Part shown: one piece after another, positions 39,668 through 51,900 of the stretch | Position numbering within the stretch: the stretch's first letter is position 1 | How the letters are laid out: every line of letters begins with the position of its first letter | Source of the DNA: Adineta vaga | Lineage: Eukaryota; Animalia; Rotifera | DNA length: 64,000 nt | Direction of reading: 5' to 3' | Assembly (NCBI GenBank): GCA_021613535.1 | Contig: CP075496.1 | Location: 5,084,001-5,148,000, forward strand | Position numbers and translations under genes: made by a program | The notes under the pieces: generated by a model | Database searches by the model: none | Seen by the model: the letters and a program-made list of their open reading frames with translations, nothing else | Told to the model about the DNA's origin: nothing

Positions 39668-40939
39668 ATGGGAATATATTCTGATCGAGCTCAACTTATG
39701 GATGACGATTGTTCGTTACTTCTTATGTATAAAGCACGCGTTCAATCAAATCAATATGATGAAAAACAAAATCCTGATGGTATTTGCAATTTAGGTGTTG
39801 CCGAAAATCATCTTTGTGAAGAAGAACTCATTGAAAAAATGAAATCGGTATCAACATGGTCGAGTCAATTTAATTATTATCCAGATTCTTCTGGTGAATT
39901 GTCATTTCGAGAACGACTGTGTACATTTTTTAATGAAGTTTTTGGTTCAATGCAAGCGACACTTGATCCTCATCGTATGCTTATTTCAAGCGGTGTTAGT
40001 GGTGCAATTGCTTTACTCTCCGTTCTGATTGCTGATGCTGGTGATGTTTTTCTTATCGCATCACCATATTATACTGCTTTTGATTTTGATGTAGCTGCTA
40101 TGGCTAGAAATTCACTGATTAAATGTCCTTTAGCCAATCAAGATACAGGTGAATTTAGTTTTTCTGTAGAAATTTTTAAACAAGGTTATGATAATGCTAT
40201 CGCAAAAAATCTTCGACCACGTGGAATTATTCTTGTTAATCCGCACAATCCTCTTGGCGATATCTATGATGAGGCTACCACACGATCCGTTCTTGAATTT
40301 GCCGCTGAAAAAGAATTACACGTTATTGCTGATGAAATCTATGGATTGAGTGTTTTTCAAGATCAGAAGCCATTCAAATCAATTTTAAGTTATACTTCAC
40401 TACCTGATCCGTCTCGGACACATTTTCTTTGGTCATTTAGTAAAGATTTTGCTTTAAGTGGAACACGTGTGGGTGTTATTTATGCAGGAACAACTGACAT
40501 TTGTCGTGTAGGTTCCAAACTTAATTTTCTTCTCGTACCATCTATTGCAATTCAAATAACATTGAAATCAATTCTTGATGATCGTGAATGGACAAACGCG
40601 TATTTAAAACTTAATCAAGTGAGATTAACCGAACAGTATCAAAAGGCGAAGAAGAAAATTGAACAAATTGATACAAGAATTCATGTTCGTGATTCTCAAG
40701 CCGGTCTATTTCTCTGGATTGATTTCCGTTTGATGCTTACTCAAATTACATTTGATGAAGAACATAAATTATTTGACGAATTCTTTCATCATGGTGTTTA
40801 TATAACAAATGGTTTAGTTATTGGGTGTTCAGAACCTGGCTGGTTTCGAATGATTTTTACCGTCAAAGATGCATGGATTGATGAAGGTATCGAACGAATG
40901 AAACAAGCTTTGAGAACATATAAATCAGGTTCATTGTAA
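39668..40939 (+). CDS. ACCS: ACC synthase-like (ACCS) PLP-dependent class I/II aminotransferase-fold enzyme, intronless
   Basis: NPDGICNLGVAEN, PYY, NPHNPLG, DEIY, SFSKDFALSGTRVG (PLP lysine), EPGWFR. Confidence 0.88.
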   Translation: MGIYSDRAQLMDDDCSLLLMYKARVQSNQYDEKQNPDGICNLGVAENHLCEEELIEKMKSVSTWSSQFNYYPDSSGELSFRERLCTFFNEVFGSMQATLDPHRMLISSGVSGAIALLSVLIADAGDVFLIASPYYTAFDFDVAAMARNSLIKCPLANQDTGEFSFSVEIFKQGYDNAIAKNLRPRGIILVNPHNPLGDIYDEATTRSVLEFAAEKELHVIADEIYGLSVFQDQKPFKSILSYTSLPDPSRTHFLWSFSKDFALSGTRVGVIYAGTTDICRVGSKLNFLLVPSIAIQITLKSILDDREWTNAYLKLNQVRLTEQYQKAKKKIEQIDTRIHVRDSQAGLFLWIDFRLMLTQITFDEEHKLFDEFFHHGVYITNGLVIGCSEPGWFRMIFTVKDAWIDEGIERMKQALRTYKSGSL

Positions 40940-41341
40940 AATAATTTAAATAAATTGATCCGAAACTGAACTTTTCGTTTTTCTTTTTTCTTTTTCAAAG
41001 TTCTGAGATAATATCATAAAAAAAAGAATGAAACATAATTACATAACTTGACATATCATATAATGACAAAATTACTTGTTCATTTTCATTCGATGAAACA
41101 TCAAGTGTCTGTTATATTTTTTGTTGAATAATTCATCTTTTCATCAACAAGTACATCTGATCAACTCGTCATCAACCATCATAATCATAAATTATTGATT
41201 TTCTTCAACAAATTCTTTCTTTTTACATAAAAGTCTCCATATACACAGAAAAAAAATAAAACAAACAGAGTTCTACATGTATATATGATTCATTCAATAT
41301 CAACTCTTGATATTCGTCCATAAACAAAATTTAATACATAT

Positions 41342-44094
41342 TCAAAAGCCTAGTTTCGTCCTAGAAGAAAAGAAAACGTTCAGTGACAATAAATATAATC
41401 CATAATGAATAAATTTACCTTAATGATCGTAATTGATCACGATCATGATCTGTTTCTGGTGGTTCACATTCGAAACTAGCTGCGATTAAAGCTAAAAGAA
41501 AACATATTTTCATTATTCATTTCATCAATATATAACAAATATAGATACAATCTTCACTGAACACAGGGCTAGTAACAACATAATTGATAATGCTTTCATA
41601 ACGCGTAAATGAACACTGAAACATAGTAAATAAACATTTTTTCTTAAGAGAATACAATCATATCTTACTTTGCTTGATTTACATCGCATGAATTCTTCGG
41701 AAATAAATCGAGCAAGAATATAAAATTTCTACAAGAAAGACATTCAGAACAAAACACTCATTGATGAATTTTACTTTGAGATTAAGTTCTTCCTTTTCAT
41801 TCTCATTCGTCACTATATCCGAAGAACGAACTTTGATAAAATATACATCACGTAAAAAGATACTTAAAAATGGTACAATAACCTTGAAAAATAAATTACA
41901 TTGAATTATGTTTTTTCTTTTTCGAAGAAATTCTCTCTTACCATGCCCGATTGCCAATGATGTTTTTCGGCTCTTTGCATCGCTGCTTTAACAATTGATC
42001 GATATATACAAAAGTTCTTGCTTGGATTCATATATTTTTCTAATGTATCTAATTTCGCACGATTAGCTTTACTCCACTGAAACTAACAAGTAGAATTTTT
42101 TTCTTCTTATCAAACAAAAAACATACCGTTTTCTTTAAACGTTTGACTGGTAACATATTCAGACCACCTAGATAATAAAGCAAACTTCCGTTAAACAGGA
42201 ATTTCGTTGACGATTAAGTAATTAAACCTTATTCATCGGATTTACGAAGGAGAAAAAGATTAACGAACAAAACATGTCGAATGTTCAAGGATATCTATTT
42301 TTTTTCATTGAAATTTCAAGTGTATGACAAATGTTAATGAGGCTTTGCTCTTTGAGATATATGATGAACATAAAAGAGATATATAATCTTACCTAAAATT
42401 CCCATCATTGAATTAAAATTCCCCGTATTAAAACATTCTAATGCTGCATCAATGAAATAATTTAAAAGTTTAACACGTATATGTCGTTTTAAATGTTTGA
42501 TGATTTCAGTTGTAACAAATAATGATAAACGATTACTCCAATTGATGTAAGCTTCAAGACAAGTTATCCAAGGTTGTGATGAAGATTTTTTCGAATCAGA
42601 ATCTGAAGGTGACGATGAATCAGATGAACGCATATGAACAAATTCTTCCGCACCAATCGCTTTCAAACGATCCTAAATGAAAATTGAATTCCATCGCTAA
42701 TCGATCTATGTTTCTTTTAGAAAAATACCTACCAATTCAATGTGTGTCAATTGATGAGCGAATTCTTTCGGGCAGGGACATTGTTCGTAAATATCCGTCT
42801 AAAACGAGAATAGAATTAAACAAGAAAAAAATCGATCGTAAAACAAACAGTTAAAGCTGATGTGGTCAAACGATTGGATATTTCATTTTCAATTAATTGT
42901 AAATATTGTTCATATCGTTCAAGAATACTAAGCTAAAGAGAAATAAACATGAATAACTTTTCTTCTATTTGATGATTCAATACTTTGCTTGTAATATCAG
43001 ATAGAAGTAATTTTATATTTGGACTAAACATTGAATCAAGTTTAATGATTTGATTTGTTACACATTCAAGTTGATTCATTAATGTTGGAGTCCGAAAATC
43101 GTACGAAAATGTTTTTGTCCAATGACTTAACATTGAAAGATAATTTAAAAGTAAATTCGTTCGTTGTTCCTATTCATATAAAGGATCATCTTTACCTTTT
43201 TGTCACAAAAAGAAGTCATCTTTCATACTTGAGATATATATGCTAGATTATTGAAAACTGTTCTTGCTATTCGATTAAATAATAGAGTTGGATTCAGATG
43301 TGTCCGAACACAAAGAAGAGTAGGATAAAGAAATGTGATCTAAGTTTGTAAAGAAAAAAAAAAGAATTATTTTGATAATAGAATTACGTTCTTACTTCAG
43401 GTGTACTCATTGATGTTGGAGTTATACGTTCGATTAGTTCATCAAGAGTGATCGAATCAGTTCGAACGGTCGAAAAATCGGGTCCTGGTGTAGGTGAACG
43501 AAATGTTGTTTCATCATTATTATAACCATAGCGTTGTTTATCTTCCAATAATGAAGGTTGCTTTTTTTTTGAAAGTAATAAAAATGAAAAAGAAATTACG
43601 ACGAAATGAATATTACTTACAAGAATATTTTCATAATGCAAGGGTGCTTTCTTAGCTAGAGAAGAAGCAGGACGAAAAACAGCTGTTCGAACAAAATATT
43701 TTGGATTTGAATAAGAAAATGACATATCCGACGGACAGGGACTTGAACGATGCATATTCAGGCTTGTTTGACTTGATGTACGTGGCATATGATGTTCAGT
43801 TATAGGAATAGTTGCAGTTGTTGTAGTTGTTGATGATGAAATACTATCGACACTATGTGTACGAGGATTTTGATGATGACGAAAATAACGAAATTCAGGT
43901 GAGAATGTGTCAGGCGTAGGATGTGGAGATGGTGTATGAAGTTGCCAACCTCCAGATGATCCATGACGATTTTGATTGAAATAAGCTTTTCTTAATAATT
44001 TTTCTCGTTTTTCTCTTGCTGTTCCCAAAAACATACCATGGCTGGATGAAGATATTGATGAGTTATTACTATTGCTTCCATATCGATGATGCAT
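41342..44094 (-). CDS. RASGEF1: Ras-GEF domain family member 1 (RasGEF_N + CDC25 domain), multi-exon
   Basis: HWTKTFSYDFR, LEAYINWSNRLSLFVTTEI, FIDAALECFNTGNFNSMMGI, IVPFLSIFLRDVYF, ASFECEPPE; last exon RTKLGF-stop. Confidence 0.88.
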
Positions 44095-44380
44095 TCTTTT
44101 CTATTCCTAAAACAGCAAAAAAATTGACGACATTTTATGGCTTCATCATGCAAAATACATCAAAACTGAAGTGTAAAGGCACTTCAATGTACGTAAGATA
44201 GATGTATATATGTATACATAAATATATGTGAATAAATAGAGGGGAAAAAATCGATGCATGAATAAAAAGAAGTTAAATGAAACTATTTTTTCTTCATCGT
44301 TTTTTTTTCTTCATTCACTTATTTATTTGTTCGAAGTAATCAAATTTATTATTGAAAATCAAATTAGGAATCAAATACGT

Positions 44381-45276
44381 TTACCAAGCAATTATGCCGG
44401 GTATATATTTTTCAATTAATGATAAATAATATGGTTTAAGTTCATCGATATTTGGTAAATCCTGATCATCTTTTGTATATAAATCAAATTTTTGAAAACG
44501 ACGAACCCATTCTAACATTTGAAGATCTTTTTCATTACACAAATACATATAATCATTGCCTGTATGCCTAAAAGATTAATCGTATTAGGAACAAAGAACT
44601 TCGTGCGAAATCAAAATAGAAAAGAAAACTCTTACCAAGGATAAAATGAATGATATCGTATGATATATAAACCTTCATCGGGCAAGGTGCACATTGGATG
44701 ATTAATTAAAACACGATAGAGATATTCATCGTGTCCCCATGACATCAGACACCGATCAAGACCACAATTGGGTGTGTACATGCCATATTTCGTGGAATAA
44801 ATTTCGTTATTTAAGTCGGGATTATTTGCAAATGTCGACGGACGATAAACAATTTTTTCACTGAATTGACAACCAACAGGAAATGTATCACCAACAACAG
44901 CCCATTGTGGTTCATTAAATAGTGCCAAAAGTTTGCCACAATCATGTATCAGACCAGTTAGATGAAACCAATCTTGATCAGGATACGCTTTTCGAATACC
45001 TTCAGCGGTTTGAAATGCATGATAGATATTCGGAACATCAACATCGGGATCACTTTCATCAACAACAGCATTTAGTTTTTCCAAAACTTCATACATAGAT
45101 AAACGAAGATGATCAAATTTCAACCAACGATCATATTGTTTACGGACAAAATCAACGCATTGATATGTATGCATTTGTTTATATGTATTAAATACACGTT
45201 GAGCAATAGGACTATCATCTTCTGTTGGATTGTCGACATATTGTCGAAAACTCGTTAACCCCTTCGTTTGCGACAT
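44381..45276 (-). CDS. MIOX: myo-inositol oxygenase, 2 exons
   Basis: VDESDPD, HAFQTAEGIR, GLIHDCGK, QWAVVGDTFPVGC, SWGHDEY, IRYHSFYPW; exon 2 ends PGIIAW-stop. Confidence 0.96.
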
Positions 45277-46299
45277 GTTTTAATATATAGTTTCTTCACA
45301 CAAAGCGAGAAGGCTTATATAGGGTAGGAGGAAACTGATATCTCATTTTATTAATTGATAAGAATATTTCACATCGAAAACAATCGAGTATTAAATGATA
45401 AAAAAGCTAACTTACTTTTGTTTTTAGTTCGTTTTGTATTTCACACTTTGTTTCTTCTCTTCTTCCGTTGTTGTCTATTGATGGATGAATATTGTGATGG
45501 AAATCAACGATGAAATTTATTTAATATAACCTTGATAAATTATGAATTTTCCAGATAAAATATAATGATATAAATGAATAAAAAAATCTAACTGATCATC
45601 TTATCCTTCTGTCGTTAATGTCCTCCATCATCATTTACTTAACGAAAACTTCAATTCGTCATCCTTTTCTCTCTCTCTCTTTATTCACCTTTTTTCTCTC
45701 TCCCTCTATCCCCCTCTCTTTTCTCTTTCTTTTCGTGTATCTTGGCCGAGGCCGGATGTACAATCGATTTATATGCAGTTTTCGTCGGTATTTTTTCTTT
45801 CGTTTTTTCTTTCGGGAGGTGAAGGAATGAAGCACATTATAAATGCAAGCTCCCGTTATTGGTAGTAGCAATGATGATAATAATGTTAACGTTTTCGTCA
45901 AATAACAAAACTTGAAAAAAAAATAGTATGAAATGGTAGTAATTACGACAACTACTATGTGGCTTTCATGGTATGAATAGAGAAAAAGAGAGAAATAGCG
46001 AAAGTAAGAACGAACGAATGAATGAGTATTGATAGAACAGAACATTTGTTGCATATTTCATTATGTGATAGTTTAACTCTTAATTAAATACATTGAGAAT
46101 TAACAAAATAAGTAAAGGTGAATTTGCTTACATGTGAAATCTTTTTGTCCACACTTGTCTCGCCGTTTGACAATGTCTGGATGTTTACATTCATATTAGA
46201 AATAAAGGAAAATGCACGCATATGCATAAAAACAATAGACAAAAAGACTGAAAGGAAAGAGGAAAGAGAGGACGAAAAAAAAACAAAAGCACGTTAATA

Positions 46300-46842
46300 C
46301 TAGGAAAATATCCTTTTGAGTCCAATTAAAATGATCAGTTGTACAGTGATAAGAGTAATATAGTACGATGAAATTGCCTGATGAAATGAGCCTGTATTAC
46401 ACATTTCTTTGGCACACATACAAAAACGTCCAATAGTAAAATTTGAACCTGTCGTATGTCGATAACAAACGTCAATTTTCGATAAACGATAAAGGAAATA
46501 ATCAGTTAAACAACCACGTCGTATAAATGTTTGATTTGGTGATGTTCCATCATAATGAAAGAATTTTACACAATAATCAGAACATTCAATTGTTCGATTA
46601 GCGCGACTTAGCTTAAATGGATCACCACAATAATCGTCAACACGTGAATCACATTGATAACAAACAAATTTTGCCATTGTACATGTTTCTTTTGCTACGA
46701 CAATGAGTATTGTTCGTAATTGATGAATAAATATCGATAGATAAATACGAGATAGCTATTTAATTTAAAAGAAAAGAAATCGTTCTTGTTCTGTATGTTC
46801 TCAAAAGATTAAGTCGAAATTATAACATACCAATTTCATCAT
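46300..46842 (-). CDS. Quiver/sleepless-like Ly6/uPAR three-finger protein, probably GPI-anchored
   Basis: CYQCDS...CGDPF...C...CVK...RGC...C.C...CN with a hydrophobic tail; short upstream exon MMKL (46842-46831) splices in frame to 46755. Confidence 0.8.
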
Positions 46843-47982
46843 TTACAATCATTTGAAAACGAGAATAATAGAGGATTATTATAATTCATAATAAGAATAT
46901 ATAAATTCGAAACATATCTATAAGAAGAAAAGAACTAGAACAATCGATTAAAAGATTGGTAACATATACATTGAAATTTATCTGATCATCGATATTTTTG
47001 ACTTTGTTATGATTAGTTTTTCTATGATGTGAAAGAAAGAGAGTTAGTGGTGAGACTATCATCATGATCATTTTCAGTAGTATGAATTTGGGCTAGGCGA
47101 CTATCTTCTATTTGTTATTTCCGTTGTTCTTTTCTTCTTTTTTTTTCTATTCGCTTCGTCATCATCAATGTAAGAACAAATTGGGGCTAATACGTTGCGT
47201 TCCGCTCTTTCTATTTCTCAGTTCTTCGTCTCCATCTAGTTCTATATGTTGTGTTTATGTCTCTCTAATAGTCATCTTAGCTAACCGCGACAATTCAGTA
47301 AATATTGCCTATTGAGTTTAATACTTCGCGTTCGTAATGTCAAAAAGATGGAAGCTATCCAATAATCGATAGAATTGAGATGTAATTTGAACAATGAGAT
47401 CGCTATACGAATGTGATTGTGCAGTCATGCGTCGATATTGTATGAAGACTTTCATGTTCCAATAAAATTAGTGATCTACATTTTTCTTTTTCCTTTTTCT
47501 TTTACTTGCACTGACGAATAATGAAGAGTGAAAGTTCTTCCACAGGGAAATTCTCATTTGTAGTCGTCATCGGTCTCATTCTCGACAACATCGTCATCAT
47601 CGTTGTCATCAATAAATATGAAGAATTATGGAGAATGAAGGAAATAATAGTACTCGATCATCGATTCATATTACACTATATTCTCTCTCTCTCTCTCTCT
47701 CTTTCTTTCTTCTCTTGTTTAGTCAAAGTGATTTTTTTCTCTTACAGATGGTATTCTAATAGATTACAAGGATCTTGATAGCTGAAGAGGAAGAAAAATA
47801 AGATGTAGTAATAGTAGCACTTACGCAGCGATATACTAAGTAATGTTGCGATTATTTTAGAATATTAATATGAAGAAATCATCAGTTCTCATGTCGACAA
47901 TGGACTTTTAACTTTTTGTTTCTTCTTCTTCTTCTTCTTCTTTCATCATTGATGTCGTTTGTCATGTCTTTTTTATTGCGTG

Positions 47983-48006
47983 TATATATATATATATATA
48001 TATATA
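47983..48006. repeat. (TA)n microsatellite
   Basis: Direct reading. Confidence 0.9.
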
Positions 48007-48950
48007 TGTTTTCCAGCTACAAGCTTCATTTTCTTTCTTTTCTCTCTTTTTTCTTACATTCTTTTACTGATGACTTACCGTTTGATGTAATGTGAACAAA
48101 CTACTCACAAGAAACGTCTACTTACCTAAACATTTTGCTACACACACTCACACACGCACATACACTTACAAAGTTTCTCTTTTCTTGTCTATCATACTCG
48201 ATAGATGTTTTACTACAACTCTTCGTAAAGAAGAGGAAAACGGTTTTATTTCCAATAGTAATTCGAACAAACAATAAGGAAGATAAGAAGAAACAAAACC
48301 TTCTCAATAAATTACTAACACTAAGTCAAAGGTATTGCCATTACTGTCTGTTTTTTTTGTATTTTATGAATTATAAAAACACATCTAAAAAAATCTATAT
48401 CGATTTATTTCTCTATAAAGTTCTCATGTGCTTTAAATATCTTGTCTATAGATCGAAACGAACGGATTTTGTAATCTATAGAACAGATCACTCGACATTC
48501 TAAATGATATAGACATTACTAATGCGTTTTTCTATTCATCCTTTATTACCTCGTTTGGTTTCCGGTATAGCTATTATGTTATTGAAGCAATAGGAATATG
48601 AACATTGAACTGCATTGCAATAGAAAATGCAAAAAGAAAGAATTTCTAATAATTCTAGATGTACTTTGAATGACAGATATAATCTTTGTCTAGATTCATC
48701 TCATGATATGTCAATAACTTTTCTTCGTCTTCCTATTCATTGAACAAACCGGTCACACTATGTTTCATTTATTATAATAAATTCCAGAAAAAGAAATTAA
48801 CAGTATTGAACCAAACAAAAAGAAACCCATCAATATACATTGGCATATATTGATATGAAAGGAAAGGAAAAACGATTTATCACATAAGAATAACAAAAAT
48901 TATTTTTATTTTCACATTTGAAGATTGAGAATTTTGTTTTTGTGAAAAAT

Positions 48951-51900
48951 TCATTTTATTTTCAATTTATAACTGGACATTTCAGCGAGTGGAACATCAA
49001 TTTTTGATGTTGCAGTCATTTCATTTTTAACATGTCTTAAAGATAAAGTCGTCTGATCAACAGATTGAATTTGATTTGTTGGAAAGAAATGTTCAAAAGA
49101 AGGCTAAAAGAGAACAAATCAAAATAATTAAGTTTCTTCTTCAAAAGAATGAAAATTGCGATTTTTTACTTTTTCAAAATGAAATAAATTATCATAATTA
49201 TCATCACAATCATAAGCAAATCTTCGTACGATTAATGCCATATTTTTCGATGGAATATATTTTGAATCATCGCGATTTTCATTCAATGTACGTAGATTAA
49301 CTAGATGATAATCACTTGGAAAAAGATTTGTTTTAACAAATAAATTCAATTCATTTTGATGAATTCGTAAATTTGAAGTTGTTTGAAGAACGTGGATAGG
49401 ATAGAGAAGTTCCATTGATTGATGATGAGCTAGAAGTGTTGGATAGCCTGTTAAGGATGTAAGATCGGCTGCCTGAAAAGAAAAGACATATATTTTCACA
49501 AATTTAACTGTTCATATAGTAATTGACATACTGTTTGTCGTGGTTCAAAGAGAAGTTTAAAAGTACTGATCACTTCTCGATTATCTGTTACACCTTGACC
49601 AACACCACGATTATCATCACGAGTTAAACGTCGATCAAGAAAAACATCAACAACACCTAGAAAGAATTCATAAAAATGAATAGATGTAATTTAGAATAGA
49701 CAAACCAGATTTTAAACTTGCGACACCTGATGGTTGACCAGCAATAACACTGAATCGCATATGATCATCTTCAATATACGCCATTGCTGGCATTGGATAA
49801 ACATTGCCTTGTAATGGTATTTTACTATATGTCTTTCGTCGGATAGTCTAGTGAATAAAAATTCATAATTTATTTAAAGTTATTGTACCTGATCTGTATG
49901 TATATTAATCAGTATTAGTGTGACGTGAAGAACAGATGTCATATCATGATTGATATATAACCATAGTACGTTGGAAAACCTAAAGTACTTCAGAAATTTT
50001 GCCACTTTTAAAAATAACAAGAAAAATTTTAAGTACTTTGAGTTTTCCAACGAGAAACTATTTGGATTGAAAAACAAAGAGTACCGTTTTGTAACTGTTG
50101 AGAAGATGATCAAAATGAGTACTATGGTTATATATTAATCATGATATGAATGAATAATAAGACTAAAATAACAAAGTACTTAGAAGTACTTGCGTTCAAT
50201 GTCTGATATTAATATACAAAGTGGGTCGAGATAGGATATTAGTGTGACGTTAAGAACAGATGTGTTTCTGTTATAGTAGTCGATAAACCTGCATAAACAA
50301 TGAATATTACGTCTGAAGTAACCATCTCTATACTATTCGTTCTCTTTCTCTTTCTTTCTCGATCGCTGATATCCTTGAAAATTGTATCTGATGCTTCTCA
50401 GTATTTATTGAATATGATTATTTAAAATCATGAAAAGTAATTACATCTTGTAAACATATGAGAAATGAACTTCGAAATAATCTTCTACATATTTGTTGGA
50501 TTATTTTATATTTGCATGCCAAATGTACTATATAGGAAATATAATCAATCTATTCTCATTAGTAAGCAGTTAATCTATATGATGATATATTCACATACAA
50601 ATGTTTACGAATTGGATGAGTACGTTTGATATGTTTGTTTCACAAGACATTTCAATCAATCATTCTATCAATATGAACTTTAAGAAACTTCAATAGAAAT
50701 GATTGTTTAATGGCACGAAGGCGGATGTCAATGTAATTGAAAAAGAAGACAATATAACTATATCAATAACTCTCTTCATATAAATTATTCATCACATAAG
50801 ACAAATATTAATAAAATAGGTTATCTATGTGTATATATGCAAACATAGAATAATGACCTTGAAAAATTCTTCAAATAATCAATATTCATCCATTAAATGC
50901 AAATAGATCGTGTTATTACCTGAAATCCATTTAGATCTGTAAAAAAATCATCTCCATTTTTAATTCCAGTTGTGAATCTTAATGCTAATTCGATATCTTG
51001 ATTCATATTTAAATGAGTAAGTGTACCAAGTTCAACAACATTATCATCAGTACCTAAACTGAAATGTTTCACATCATTATTTTATCGATCTTTTTCCTAC
51101 TATTGATATTTGTTAATTTATATTGTAATCCAAACAATTCATGTAGAATTTCAACTTGACTAACTAATGGACCTCGTTGAATACGAACAAGATCATGACT
51201 ACCCATGGTTATTTCTTTTGCTTCACCATCAGGTAAGAATAAATAAGCGCCACTATTATGATCCGATTGAGATGATGAACCATAACGAATAACACTGCTG
51301 ATAAAAGAAATTTTCTCATTATTTCTTAAATGTTCAATTGTTTCTAAAGCCCCAGCTTTAGAAAAACTAAGTGAAAGAAACCGATTCTTCAATTGAATAT
51401 GATCCTCTTTCATTAAATCCAATTTAAATGGTCTAAAACAAAGAAGAAAATGAGTCAACTCAATGAGAAAAACATTTTTTTTGCATACCCAGATGATGAG
51501 TCCATTGCTTTCTCTTTTTCATTGATATATTCAACAGTACTCAATGGGCATGATTGCTGACTTGTACTACTATGAATTGTATATTCTTTTAAAGAATACG
51601 ATTCAATATCGACAAGAATCAAAAGCTAAAACAGAAGCATTAATAGAAATGAAATCGAATAATTATTGCATATACTTCAAAGAATTTATTGTCGATCATA
51701 TTCGATTTTCTTCCTGTCCATTTTGGATCAATTTGACAAGCATAATGTGTTTGGTTATTACTTGTTATATACACTTGATATGTGTCAATAAGAATTTTAA
51801 CGAGTTGAACACGTCGTTGATCAGTTGGATTATAGATATAAATAGTTCTATGAAAACGAAATAGATCAAAGAAAGTAATGAAGAATTTTACTTCAATTTT

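Noticed and set aside
45618-46054. 131-aa and 70-aa ORFs between MIOX and the quiver-like gene
   Set aside because: Low-complexity CT/GA tracts in the probable 3'UTR; no domain or splice support.
48067-48100. CTGATGA followed by a short stem, hammerhead-like (also at about 16283 and 34638 on the minus strand)
   Set aside because: No correctly placed GAAA or stems I/III.
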